Positions 55,125 to 64,000 of a stretch of DNA of 64,000 nucleotides are shown here, one piece after another. Origin of the DNA: Bacilli bacterium (GTDB lineage Bacteria; Bacillota_I; Bacilli_A; RF39; UBA660); contig JAFXXB010000040.1 of assembly GCA_017542465.1 (NCBI GenBank), forward strand, positions 24,301 to 88,300, in the 5' to 3' direction. Within the stretch, counting starts at the first letter, position 1. Each line of letters opens with the position of its first letter. Under the pieces are notes generated by a model, which had not been told where the DNA came from, did not search any database, and saw nothing but the letters and a program-made list of their open reading frames with translations. Position numbers and translations under genes: made by a program.

Positions 55125-56654
55125 ATGAAAGAAAAGTTATTAGGTGTATTGATAACTTTATGTGTTACAGCTTTATTGGTAGCTATGTGGATGAGTAGTA
55201 AATCATATAGTAAGCCAAGTGAAGTATATCAAGTATATTTAAATGGTAAGAAGATAGGTTTAATAGAATCTCAAGATAGTTTACTTGATTTAATTGATAA
55301 AGAACAAGCAAGTATTAAACAAGCTTTTAATGTTGATAAAGTTTATCCACCTGCTGGATTAAATATTGAAAAGACATTCACTTATAATAATAAATTAAGT
55401 AATACAGAAGATATTTATAATCAAATAAAAGAAACTGATCCTTTTACTATTAAAGGGTATGTAGTAACAATCAATTATAATAATGAAGATAAAGATGATG
55501 ATGAAAAGAAAGAACCATTGAAAATATATTTAATGGATTCAAGCCTTATTAAAACTTCATTACATGATATAGCAGCTACTTTTATAGGTGCAGATGAATT
55601 AAAGAAATATGAGAATAATACTCAAACTGAAATAAATGAAACAGGAGAGATTATTACATCAGTTTATTTTGAAGAAACAATAACTATTAAAGAATCATTA
55701 ATATCTACTGAAGAGAAAATATTTAATAGTTCTGATGAATTAACTCAATACTTATTATATGGAACTAATGATGATCAACCTAAATATACAGTTAAGGTTG
55801 GTGAAGATTTAGCTAAGATAGCTGAAGATAATAAATTGAATATTGAAGAATTATTAATAGCTAATCCTAAGTATCCATCTGGTAATGCTTTAATAGCACC
55901 AGGAGATGTATTGAATGTAGGATTAATTAACCCATTAATAAATGTAACTTATAGAAGTACAGAAGTTGAAGATGCTCCAACTAGATTTACTACTGAATAT
56001 CAAGATGATAAAACAAAATATGTTGATTATATGGTAGTACAACAAGAAGGATCAGATGGTGTTACAAGAATAACGAAAGATGTTCAATATACTAATGGTG
56101 AAATTAAGAAAGTTAGTATTACAAAACAAGAAACAATTAAACCACCAGTTAATAAAGTTGTAATTAGAGGAACTAAGAAATATCAATCATGGGGTGGTGG
56201 TGGAAATCCTCCTCAACCAGTTGGACGTGGTGACTTACTATGGCCAACAAATACTCCATATGTTATTACATCGTTCTATGAATATAGGTGGGGTACATTT
56301 CATAAAGGTATAGATATATCTGGTACTGGATGGTATTCACCAATTTATTCATCAACAGATGGTGTAGTTATAGCAGTTAATAATTCATGTGGTAATAAAG
56401 GTAGTATGAGAGATCATTGTGGTGGAAGAATGGGTAACTATGTTAAGATTCATTCTGATAAATTAGGTTATACATTTGTATATGGTCACGTTGCATCTAA
56501 TATTAAAGTACATGTAGGTGATACAGTTAGACAAGGACAAGTAATAGCTTCAATGGCGATGTCTGGTCAATCAACAGGTGTTCACTTACATTTCCAAATA
56601 GAGGATTCAAGTGGTCAAACATACAATCCATGTAAGATGGGGTTAAGATGTTAG
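55125..56654 (+). CDS. membrane-anchored LysM-G5-M23 peptidoglycan metalloendopeptidase (tandem paralog 2)
   Basis: The architecture is the same as in paralog 1. The first ~270 aa are highly similar to paralog 1. The M23 motifs are 'HKGIDI' and 'SGQSTGVHLHFQI'. Confidence 0.85.
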   Translation: MKEKLLGVLITLCVTALLVAMWMSSKSYSKPSEVYQVYLNGKKIGLIESQDSLLDLIDKEQASIKQAFNVDKVYPPAGLNIEKTFTYNNKLSNTEDIYNQIKETDPFTIKGYVVTINYNNEDKDDDEKKEPLKIYLMDSSLIKTSLHDIAATFIGADELKKYENNTQTEINETGEIITSVYFEETITIKESLISTEEKIFNSSDELTQYLLYGTNDDQPKYTVKVGEDLAKIAEDNKLNIEELLIANPKYPSGNALIAPGDVLNVGLINPLINVTYRSTEVEDAPTRFTTEYQDDKTKYVDYMVVQQEGSDGVTRITKDVQYTNGEIKKVSITKQETIKPPVNKVVIRGTKKYQSWGGGGNPPQPVGRGDLLWPTNTPYVITSFYEYRWGTFHKGIDISGTGWYSPIYSSTDGVVIAVNNSCGNKGSMRDHCGGRMGNYVKIHSDKLGYTFVYGHVASNIKVHVGDTVRQGQVIASMAMSGQSTGVHLHFQIEDSSGQTYNPCKMGLRC

Positions 56655-57412
56655 CGACAGTATTTGCATCAGGATCAAAAGGGAATATTACTTTATTACA
56701 AATTAATGATAAGAAAATATTAATAGATGTGGGGATGACATATAAGTATTTATGTGAATCCCTTGCATCTTATGATTTAAAACCTAAAGATATAACTCAT
56801 ATTTTAATAACACATGCACATCGAGATCATACAAGTGCATTAGATTCATTTATTAAATATAATGATCCAATTATATATATTACTCCTGAAGCATTAAAAG
56901 AAGTAAAGTTTTTACAAGAATATGATAATATATCGTTTGAGGATAAAACTATTATGTTAGACGATAATATTAAAGTAGAAACATTTAATACTTCACATGA
57001 TGCTAAAGGATCTCGTGGTTATATTATAACTGTAGATGATAAATCAATTGTATATGTAACAGACACAGGATATATTAATAGAAAGATACTACCTAAGATA
57101 ACTAATAAAGAAGTATATATATTTGAATCTAATCATGATGTTGAAATGTTATTACATGGTAGATACCCATCATGGTTAAAACAAAGAGTTGCATCAGATG
57201 TTGGTCACTTATCAAATGGTCAAGCAGGAACTTATTTATCTGAAATCATAGGTGATAAGACTAAGCAAGTTGTATTAGCTCACCTTTCTCAAGAAAATAA
57301 TACACCTGAGATAGCTTTAGATACAGTAAAACAATATCTTAAAGATAAGGGAGTTAAGTTTAAGAATATAGTATGTGCTAAACAACAAGACAGGTTGGAG
57401 ATTAAGATATGA
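56648..57412 (+). CDS. yycJ: MBL-fold metallo-hydrolase (YycJ/WalJ-like)
   Basis: The motifs are 'FASGSKGNITLLQ', 'ILITHAHRDHTSAL' and 'AHLSQENN'. It lies immediately upstream of rlmH. Confidence 0.75.
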   Translation: MLATVFASGSKGNITLLQINDKKILIDVGMTYKYLCESLASYDLKPKDITHILITHAHRDHTSALDSFIKYNDPIIYITPEALKEVKFLQEYDNISFEDKTIMLDDNIKVETFNTSHDAKGSRGYIITVDDKSIVYVTDTGYINRKILPKITNKEVYIFESNHDVEMLLHGRYPSWLKQRVASDVGHLSNGQAGTYLSEIIGDKTKQVVLAHLSQENNTPEIALDTVKQYLKDKGVKFKNIVCAKQQDRLEIKI

Positions 57413-57843
57413 TAAATATAATATGTGTTGGTAAATTAAAAGATAAGTATTTAGTGGATATGTCTAATGACTATCTAACTAGGTTAACTAAATATCATAA
57501 AATAAATATTATTGAGTTAAAAGATAGTAATATTAAAGAAGAAGGAGACTTAATTCTTAAACACTTAAGTGAAAGAGATTATATAATTACCATGGAAATA
57601 AATGGTAATAACTTATCTTCTGTAGAATTATCAAATCTAATTGATAAAACATTTATTAATTATCCATCTATAACATTTATTATAGGTGGATCTGATGGAA
57701 TAGATGAAAGAGTATTGTCTAAATCTAATTATAGATTATCATTTGGAAAGAATACTTATCCACATGGTATATTTAGATGTTTACTTTTAGAACAAATATA
57801 TAGATCATTTAAAATATTAAATAATGAGAGTTACCATAAATAA
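57409..57843 (+). CDS. rlmH: 23S rRNA (pseudouridine1915-N3)-methyltransferase (SPOUT)
   Basis: The motifs are 'MINIICVGKLKDKYL', 'FIIGGSDGI' and 'LSFGKNTYPHGIFRCLLLEQIYRSFKI'. Confidence 0.9.
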   Translation: MINIICVGKLKDKYLVDMSNDYLTRLTKYHKINIIELKDSNIKEEGDLILKHLSERDYIITMEINGNNLSSVELSNLIDKTFINYPSITFIIGGSDGIDERVLSKSNYRLSFGKNTYPHGIFRCLLLEQIYRSFKILNNESYHK

Positions 57844-57909
57844 CTCTTTTTTTGCTTTAAATAGCTATTATTGGTATAATATATAACTAATCAAAAGGGG
57901 TTGAATAAT

Positions 57910-58527
57910 ATGGAATTATTTCATATTCATAAATCAAATATGTTTGATGAGAGTTATTATGAAGGTGCTGAACTAGAAGTAGGTAAAGAACCTAATTTAT
58001 TTAGAATGAATAGTTTAAGAAGACATGCTAGTTTCTTATATGAAACTAAATTTAATGAAGAGGGAAAAGAACAATACCATTATAGAGATCTAGCTAGTTC
58101 ATTTAATATTGAATCAATCAATAAGATGAGTGATGATCAAAAGAAATCATTTATAAATGCATTACAAGAGTATATAACTTTTGGGCCTATAGACAATAGA
58201 GAAATGGTATTAGAGGAAGTAAGATATAAATTATATTCAGATAGACCTTCTAGATATAAATGTATATGGTTATGCAGTGAGGAAGAAATTGATAATTGGC
58301 TTAATTTGTTAAAAGTTGAAGATAATAATTATCAAATATATAAAGTACGTACATATAGAGAACCATTCTTAACTAATGAGAATCTATTGCCTACACCAAG
58401 CATGCCTAAGGAATTAATGTATGAATGTGCACAAAAGTATTGGAATCCTACTAATGAGGATTTAAGCATAAATGGTACTGAATATATATATGAAGGTAAA
58501 ATCAAGTTGTTAAAAAGAGTTAAATAA
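57910..58527 (+). CDS. hypothetical protein
   Basis: ATG 57910 follows AAAAGGGG. The product is 205 aa and the gene has its own terminator (AAAGAGTTA-aa-TAACTCTTT). 'EEVRYKLYSDRPSRYKCIWLCSEEE' looks like a conserved core, but I cannot name the family. Confidence 0.5.
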   Translation: MELFHIHKSNMFDESYYEGAELEVGKEPNLFRMNSLRRHASFLYETKFNEEGKEQYHYRDLASSFNIESINKMSDDQKKSFINALQEYITFGPIDNREMVLEEVRYKLYSDRPSRYKCIWLCSEEEIDNWLNLLKVEDNNYQIYKVRTYREPFLTNENLLPTPSMPKELMYECAQKYWNPTNEDLSINGTEYIYEGKIKLLKRVK

Positions 58528-58574
58528 CTCTTTTTATTTTGTTTTTAATGATATAATTATTATAGGTGATACTC

Positions 58575-59231
58575 ATGGAAGTACTAGCTAATGAAAATGT
58601 AGTTATAAAAGCTAATAAATATTATGATGAGATTGATGATTTAGTTAAATATATTAATTCTTATATAGTACCAATATTTGATTACTTATCATTAAGTACA
58701 AATAAGATGTGTAATATAAGATTATTAGATAGTAAAGAAGAATTAGATTTATTATATAAAGAATTAATGCAATCTGAAGGTGAAAAAAATTCACATAAAG
58801 AAGTGCCATCAAATATTGCATCATTCATTTATGAAAATGATTTATTCATTCTTAACTATGAATCATTTATAGATGTGTATCAACATAATAGAACCACTCA
58901 AGAGGAATTCTTTGGTGAAATAGTTGGTAATCTTGTATCAATATTTCAAACATGGAAATATGGTAAACTAACTGATAATCCAATAATTAATAAAGGTTTA
59001 GCAGTATATTTATCAGGTCAAGATATTAATTCTAAAATATTAATTGATTCCTATATAGATTTAAAGAGAAGCAATAGTATTAAAGCATATGGTAACTTTT
59101 ATAAATATATAGATAATACTTTAGATAGAGAAGGTATAAATAAATTACTATCTAATAATATTGATGAAGATAGATTAAGAAAGATATATGATGGATATAA
59201 GCATCAATTCTTAAGTAACCGAGGTAAATAA
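58575..59231 (+). CDS. hypothetical protein
   Basis: ATG 58575 follows GGTGAT. The product is 218 aa. I recognise no motif. Confidence 0.5.
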   Translation: MEVLANENVVIKANKYYDEIDDLVKYINSYIVPIFDYLSLSTNKMCNIRLLDSKEELDLLYKELMQSEGEKNSHKEVPSNIASFIYENDLFILNYESFIDVYQHNRTTQEEFFGEIVGNLVSIFQTWKYGKLTDNPIINKGLAVYLSGQDINSKILIDSYIDLKRSNSIKAYGNFYKYIDNTLDREGINKLLSNNIDEDRLRKIYDGYKHQFLSNRGK

Positions 59232-59232
59232 T

Positions 59233-59898
59233 ATGATAGGTAATGATTGGGATAATATATTATCTAAAGTATTTGAATCACCTGGTTATCATGAATTTAT
59301 AGATAAAATAAATAAAGAATATGATAATAAAATAATATATCCTCCAAAAGAAGATATATATAAAGCATTTAAGAATACTTCATTTAAAGATGTTAAAGTA
59401 GTAATCATGGGACAAGATCCTTATCATGGTGAAGGTGAAGCTATGGGTTTATCATTTTCAGTTCCAAATGGTATTAAATTACCTCCATCTTTAAAGAATA
59501 TATATAAAGAATTAGAGGATGATTTAGGAATAAAACCTTCTACATCAGGTGATTTAACTAAATGGACTAAAGAAGGAGTATTATTACTTAATTCTACATT
59601 AACAGTTGTTAAAGATACACCTAATTCTCATTCTAAAATGGGATGGGATAAATTTACTGATTATATTATTAAGTTACTTAATAAAAGAGAAGAACCAATT
59701 GTTTTCATCCTTTGGGGTAACTATGCAAGGAGTAAGAAAGTATATATAACTAATCCTAAACACTTAGTTATAGAATCAGCTCATCCATCTCCTTTCAGTG
59801 CACGTTCAGGTTTCTTTGGTTCTAAACCATTCAGTAAAACTAATGATTTTTTAATAAAAAATAACATAAAACCAATAGATTGGGATTTAAATAAATAA
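59233..59898 (+). CDS. ung: uracil-DNA glycosylase
   Basis: The motifs are 'VVIMGQDPYHGEGEAMGLSFSV', 'LLLNSTLTV' and 'HPSPFSA'. Confidence 0.93.
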   Translation: MIGNDWDNILSKVFESPGYHEFIDKINKEYDNKIIYPPKEDIYKAFKNTSFKDVKVVIMGQDPYHGEGEAMGLSFSVPNGIKLPPSLKNIYKELEDDLGIKPSTSGDLTKWTKEGVLLLNSTLTVVKDTPNSHSKMGWDKFTDYIIKLLNKREEPIVFILWGNYARSKKVYITNPKHLVIESAHPSPFSARSGFFGSKPFSKTNDFLIKNNIKPIDWDLNK

Positions 59899-59949
59899 GT
59901 ATAGCAATATACTTATTTTTTATGTATAATAATCACTTGAGTGATGTAT

Positions 59950-60858
59950 ATGGAAGATTATAAAAAGTATCAAAAAGAATTAGGTGAAATACCAGAATTC
60001 TTAAATAAATATTTAAATTTAGATGTAATGCAAAGATTAAAGGGTGTCTCTCTTTTTTGTGGAATGAACTATGCATCTCCATATATGTATGACTTTAGTT
60101 TAAATATATCTAGATATGATCATAGTTTAAATGTTGCTTTAATAACATGGAGATTAACACATGATAAAACTCAAACACTTGCAGCTTTATTTCATGATGT
60201 TTCTACACCAGTTTTTTCACATGTAATAGATTTTATGAATGGTGATTATATAGAACAAGAATCTACTGAAGATAAAATAAGAGAAGTATTATTATCTTCT
60301 AGAAATTTACTTACTTATCTTAAAGAAGATGATATCTCTCTTGAGGATGTAATAGACTTTAAGAAACATTCTATTGTTGATTTACCAAGACCTTCATTAT
60401 GTGCTGATAGAATTGAAAATACCATAGGTGGTGGTATGGGATGGGCTAATAAAGTAGATTATAAACATGCTAAACAAATATTAGATAATTTATATATAGA
60501 TAAGAATGAAAATGGGCAAGATGAAATTAGTTTATTATCAAAAGATGTTGGAGAATATGTATTATATATAAATGATTGTTTAAATAAATTAACACATAAA
60601 GATGAAGATTCATATATGATGGATTTATTAGCTGATTTAGTTAGATTAACTATAAATGAAGGTATAATAATATATGATGATTTATATAGATTAACTGAAG
60701 AAGAATTCTTTAATATAATAGAACAATATTTATATATATCAGATATAAATGATTACTATCATTTATTTAAGACAGTTAAAGATCCTTTATGTATGAAACA
60801 TGTAATTGTAAAGGATAGAGTAGTTAATCCAATAGTAAATGGTAAAAGAATGATATAA
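59950..60858 (+). CDS. HD-domain phosphohydrolase (COG1078/dNTPase-like N-terminal pattern)
   Basis: 'MQRLKGVSLFCGMNY...ISRYDHSLNVALI...ALFHDVSTPVFSH' gives the H...HD metal-binding pattern. The start is uncertain (59941, 59944 or 59950). Confidence 0.7.
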   Translation: MEDYKKYQKELGEIPEFLNKYLNLDVMQRLKGVSLFCGMNYASPYMYDFSLNISRYDHSLNVALITWRLTHDKTQTLAALFHDVSTPVFSHVIDFMNGDYIEQESTEDKIREVLLSSRNLLTYLKEDDISLEDVIDFKKHSIVDLPRPSLCADRIENTIGGGMGWANKVDYKHAKQILDNLYIDKNENGQDEISLLSKDVGEYVLYINDCLNKLTHKDEDSYMMDLLADLVRLTINEGIIIYDDLYRLTEEEFFNIIEQYLYISDINDYYHLFKTVKDPLCMKHVIVKDRVVNPIVNGKRMI

Positions 60859-60875
60859 TTATAATAGGTGGTTGT

Positions 60876-61550
60876 ATGGATAGTTTAGGTAAACAATACT
60901 ATGAATTAAGTGATACAGAGAAAAAAGCTTTATTTGTATATAAAAGTGGTATGAGTGAAGTTTTAAATGATTTAGATAATGAAGAATTACTACGTAAGAA
61001 ATATGATTATTATGTTAAAATATTTAATAATTTTAAAAACTATATAATAAAAATGACATATTTTAATTTAATTGATATGACTACAATTGATACATTTAAA
61101 CGATCATTAATATATGTTAAACAAATAATTGATGAAGTATCAACTAAGCTTATAACTACTCATGACTTAAAGTTATTTAGAATGATTTCAAGTAGTAGTG
61201 AAATAACAGATATATCTAAGGGTAATATTATATCAGTTACAACATCTCCTGGAGAAGTTATAAAATATGAATTAGGAGGAATTGATGCTAGTATTAATAA
61301 ATTAGATGATCTTAATTTAGTTATATATGAAATTGAATTACCTATGGGATCACATGTTTGTTGTGTACCTGGTAGATTTAAATATAATGATAAAGAAAAC
61401 ATATTAGATATTTCATCTAGAGTGAATGAAGAAGAATTAATACTTAATAAAGATATATATGATATAGATGTAATTAGAGAATATGATAATGATGGAATAA
61501 AATATATAAAGTGTAATGCTATAGATAGACTTGGTAAAATTAGGAAATAA
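60876..61550 (+). CDS. C3/iota-like mono-ADP-ribosyltransferase domain protein (R-S-E class), no signal peptide
   Basis: The motifs are 'LSDTEKKALFVYKSGMSEVLNDL', 'KLFRMISS' (Arg), 'IISVTTSPGEV' (STS-like), 'IYEIELPMGSHVCCVPG' and 'VNEEELILNKDIYDIDVI' (ExE). The RBS AGGTGG lies 18 nt after the HD gene. Confidence 0.65.
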   Translation: MDSLGKQYYELSDTEKKALFVYKSGMSEVLNDLDNEELLRKKYDYYVKIFNNFKNYIIKMTYFNLIDMTTIDTFKRSLIYVKQIIDEVSTKLITTHDLKLFRMISSSSEITDISKGNIISVTTSPGEVIKYELGGIDASINKLDDLNLVIYEIELPMGSHVCCVPGRFKYNDKENILDISSRVNEEELILNKDIYDIDVIREYDNDGIKYIKCNAIDRLGKIRK

Positions 61551-61575
61551 AACACGAATTAATTATTCGTGTTTT
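61549..61575. terminator. bidirectional hairpin terminator
   Basis: AAAACACGAAT-taatt-ATTCGTGTTTT between convergent genes. Confidence 0.75.
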
Positions 61576-61576
61576 A

Positions 61577-62545
61577 TTATTTAAGTAATTTATTAATATA
61601 ATTAGATTCTAAAATATTATCTTGATTTATTTCTATTTTATCTAATAATTCTTCAACGGTCATATCTCCATTAAATACTTTATTAATTAAATTAATAATA
61701 TGATATTTTGTTACTCTATCATCACCGGTACATTTAATAAATAATTTTAATGCTTTTAATGTTGATATAAGATATTTAATATCTGTATGGTAATCAAAAT
61801 CACCATATTCTATTCCACCTATTACTGATTTAATAAAATTAGCTTCTTTATATTCATATATAGAATTAAAAGAAAGAAATAAACTATTTAATCTATTTGT
61901 TAATAACTTCTTAAATATTATAGGTTCACAGTAATTATATGCATATAATAATTCATTAAATATACTTAATACTTCAACATTGTTAAAATCTTCTATAATA
62001 CCTTTATGAGATTCTAATTGAGAATGAGTTATTTCATGTATATAACTTGAAGTACTCACTTCAGTTGTTCTTTTAGGTAATTCAATATTGGTGAAATATA
62101 AGTTTAATTTATTCAATAATTCTTTATGTAATGTTTCATCTTCTGTCAATACTGATTGAGTTACAAGTGTTCCTCCATTTATACCATCAAGTTTATAATT
62201 AATTGGTAACTTAAAAGGATTAATCATTTTAGCAGATTTATTATATATATCTGATATATCTGATGTAGTACTTATTTCTTTATTATTTAATAGAGCTTTT
62301 AATTTATTATCAGATAAATAACCTATTTCATGTATATTATAATAATCATTAAAAAATGTATATGCATGTTTTTTTAGTAAGAATTTAGATAATGATTTAA
62401 TTTTATTGTTATTTATTTCAGGTATATCTAAATTATTAATATCTACTATACAATTTATTAGTTTATCATTTAATATAAAATCACCAGTTCTTTTATGACC
62501 ATGCAATAACATATAATCATCTAAATCATCGATAGTACGAATCAT
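61577..62545 (-). CDS. hypothetical protein with an HExxH motif (putative zinc metallopeptidase)
   Basis: ATG 62545 follows GGTGAGG. 'SSYIHEITHSQLE...IFNELLYA' gives HExxH plus a downstream Glu. I cannot name a family. Confidence 0.45.
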   Translation of the reverse strand: MIRTIDDLDDYMLLHGHKRTGDFILNDKLINCIVDINNLDIPEINNNKIKSLSKFLLKKHAYTFFNDYYNIHEIGYLSDNKLKALLNNKEISTTSDISDIYNKSAKMINPFKLPINYKLDGINGGTLVTQSVLTEDETLHKELLNKLNLYFTNIELPKRTTEVSTSSYIHEITHSQLESHKGIIEDFNNVEVLSIFNELLYAYNYCEPIIFKKLLTNRLNSLFLSFNSIYEYKEANFIKSVIGGIEYGDFDYHTDIKYLISTLKALKLFIKCTGDDRVTKYHIINLINKVFNGDMTVEELLDKIEINQDNILESNYINKLLK

Positions 62546-62677
62546 ACGCCTCACCAATCAGTATTATACTTTATTAGAGATTAAATGTATATAAAAATAA
62601 TTATTTGTAAAATAGTTGCACATGCAACAACAGTGATGTTCGTATAGATGATAATATATAATTGGAGGTAATAAAAT

Positions 62678-63934
62678 ATGAAAGGATTGATTAACAACAA
62701 GTGGATGAGAGCAGCAGTACCTGCATTACTTATACATTGTTCTATAGGTACAGTTTATTGTTGGTCTACATTTAAGGAAGCTATTGGTCAACAAATTGGA
62801 GCATCTACATTCTCATTAGGATGGGCATTCTCTTTAGCAATATTCTTCTTAGGTATGTCTGCAGCTTTTGCTGGTAGATTAGTTGAGAAAGATATTCATA
62901 AGTCATCTTTAATTGCATGTATTTGTTTCACATTAGGTATGTTAGGAACTGGTTTATTCATTCAATTCACTCATGGTATTGTAGCTTTATTAGGTATTTA
63001 TTTATGCTATGGTTGTATTATGGGTATTGGATTAGGAATTGGTTATTTAACTCCTGTTAAAACACTTATGTTATGGTTTAAAGATAAAAAGGGATTAGCT
63101 ACTGGTATATCAATCATGGGCTTTGGACTTGCTAAAGCTATAGCAACACCAATTATGGAATTTATTCAAAATCATGCTGGTATAGCTATGATGTTTTATA
63201 TACTAGGTGGTGTATATTTTGTATTAATGCTATTAGGACATTTCTTACTTAAAAAACCAGAAGGATGGGTTGAAAAAGAAGATAAGAAAAATGAATTTAA
63301 AGCTATGGATATGTTTAAGGATAAAACATTCCTTGGTATATGGTTAATGTTCTTTATTAATATTCATTGTGGATTAGCATTAATAACATATGAAAAACAA
63401 ATATTAAAAACAACATTTGCAGGTATGGAAGTATTAACTATGATGGTTGCTTTAATACCATCTATTACAGCCGCATTTAATGCACTAGGAAGAATAGGTT
63501 ATTCAACTATATCTGATAAATTAAATGAAAGAAATACTATCTATAAGATTATATTTATGACATCAATTATTATTACAGCTTTAGCATTTGCATTACTTGC
63601 AATTAAGATGGGACCATGTAATTGGTTTATAGGTACTATAGTAATCTTATTACTTGTAATTGTTAATGCTGGATATGGTGGAGGCTTCTCAACATTACCT
63701 GCATTATTAAGTGAAAGATATGGTATGGAAAAGATTAGTAAGATTCATGGTTTAGCTTTAAGTGCATGGGCATTTGCTGGTATAACTGGAAATAACATGT
63801 CTGAAATAATCTTAAAGGTATCTAATAATAATTATAACTTCATATTACTTGCAACATTATTATTCTATTGTGTAGCTTTAGCTATATGTATATCATTTGT
63901 AGGTAATAAAAAAATCGAAAAGAAAAGAGCTTAA
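62678..63934 (+). CDS. MFS transporter, oxalate/formate antiporter (OFA/YhjX-like) family
   Basis: There are 12 hydrophobic segments. The N-terminus 'KWMRAAVPALLIHCSIGTVYCWSTFKEAI' is typical of OFA-family MFS proteins. The RBS is TTGGAGGT. Confidence 0.8.
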   Translation: MKGLINNKWMRAAVPALLIHCSIGTVYCWSTFKEAIGQQIGASTFSLGWAFSLAIFFLGMSAAFAGRLVEKDIHKSSLIACICFTLGMLGTGLFIQFTHGIVALLGIYLCYGCIMGIGLGIGYLTPVKTLMLWFKDKKGLATGISIMGFGLAKAIATPIMEFIQNHAGIAMMFYILGGVYFVLMLLGHFLLKKPEGWVEKEDKKNEFKAMDMFKDKTFLGIWLMFFINIHCGLALITYEKQILKTTFAGMEVLTMMVALIPSITAAFNALGRIGYSTISDKLNERNTIYKIIFMTSIIITALAFALLAIKMGPCNWFIGTIVILLLVIVNAGYGGGFSTLPALLSERYGMEKISKIHGLALSAWAFAGITGNNMSEIILKVSNNNYNFILLATLLFYCVALAICISFVGNKKIEKKRA

Positions 63935-63949
63935 TTAAGCTCTTTTTTT
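63923..63949. terminator. bidirectional hairpin terminator
   Basis: The palindrome GAGCTTAATTAAGCTC is flanked by an A-run and T7. Confidence 0.65.
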
Positions 63950-64000
63950 ATTTTCTAACTAAATGTGTTGGAACACCATCTTTAAATATTGGAAGTAATT
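63948..64000 (-). CDS. 3' end of a minus-strand ORF continuing beyond the window
   Basis: The reverse-strand frame reads '...LLPIFKDGVPTHLVRK*' with its stop at 63948-63950. It is too short to assign. Confidence 0.3.
   Translation of the reverse strand, partial: LLPIFKDGVPTHLVRK

Noticed and set aside
2278-61555. About 30 short ORFs in the track lie antisense to, or nested within, the long genes. Examples are 2278-2463, 3693-3983, 4766-4954, 12338-12571, 15379-15887, 16488-16905, 17396-17590, 20962-21555, 24536-24772, 29613-30884, 34521-34709, 35765-36034, 38382-38684, 39312-39494, 41164-41685, 42272-42469, 44424-44780, 48119-48568, 49344-49535, 50146-51155, 54712-54903 and 61160-61555.
   Set aside because: They overlap well-supported genes on the opposite strand or in another frame. 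They lack convincing RBSs and have low-complexity, composition-driven sequences (I/L/F/S/Y-rich or mirror images of repeats). Their lengths are what I would expect by chance in DNA this AT-rich.
1-64000. Looked for CRISPR arrays, rRNA genes, transposases/integrases, inverted-repeat-bounded insertion elements and prophage modules
   Set aside because: I saw none. The only sizeable DNA repeats are the tandem M23 gene duplication and short in-frame repeats in Pro- or Thr-rich coding tracts. No recombinase-like ORF is present.

Overview
The window is a very AT-rich chromosomal segment from a walled, low-GC Bacillota-type organism. It uses the standard genetic code: TGA acts as a stop and Trp is TGG. 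Coding is dense and mostly on the + strand, with AGGAGG/GGTGA-type ribosome-binding sites and many AT-rich hairpin terminators. Housekeeping anchors are argS, an RsmB-like methyltransferase, rubrerythrin, addAB, cobB, rpsF-ssb-rpsR, rplI-dnaB, a yycJ-like MBL hydrolase, rlmH and ung. One tRNA is present (Glu-like, anticodon CUC). I saw no rRNA, CRISPR array, transposase or integrase. Cell-envelope genes are frequent: an acyltransferase-3, a NodB deacetylase, NlpC/P60, a VanY-like M15 peptidase, an S11 DD-carboxypeptidase, two tandem LysM-G5-M23 peptidases and a ~3000-aa surface protein.

The most unusual region is 590-7027. It holds a duplicated module in which a polytopic membrane domain is fused to a SipW/archaeal-type signal peptidase domain. 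One copy keeps the catalytic residues and the other has lost them. Each copy is followed by a homologous small partner protein and is associated with an exported beta-rich protein carrying a shared 'YA|(S/N)L..IN.G' N-terminus. I read this as a candidate uncharacterised surface-fibre or processing system, distantly analogous to tapA-sipW-tasA.

Other leads:
- The giant surface protein ends in a transmembrane helix followed by an in-frame, catalytically degenerate MnmA-like PP-loop domain.
- A 28-codon leader ORF plus an intrinsic terminator lies upstream of an ABC exporter, resembling the bmrB/bmrCD attenuator.
- A candidate type I toxin-antitoxin lies between addA and a UvrD-like helicase. 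It has a 22-aa hydrophobic peptide with a sequestered SD and possibly a convergent small RNA.
- A cluster of N-in bitopic proteins carries zinc-ribbon or Pro/Gln-rich cytoplasmic heads; one of them is a C11 protease.
- An SP-less C3-like ADP-ribosyltransferase appears to be co-transcribed with an HD-domain protein.
- A DUF3883-like PD-(D/E)xK protein has a tightly coupled small partner.

All functional calls rest on motifs read by eye. No database search was possible.
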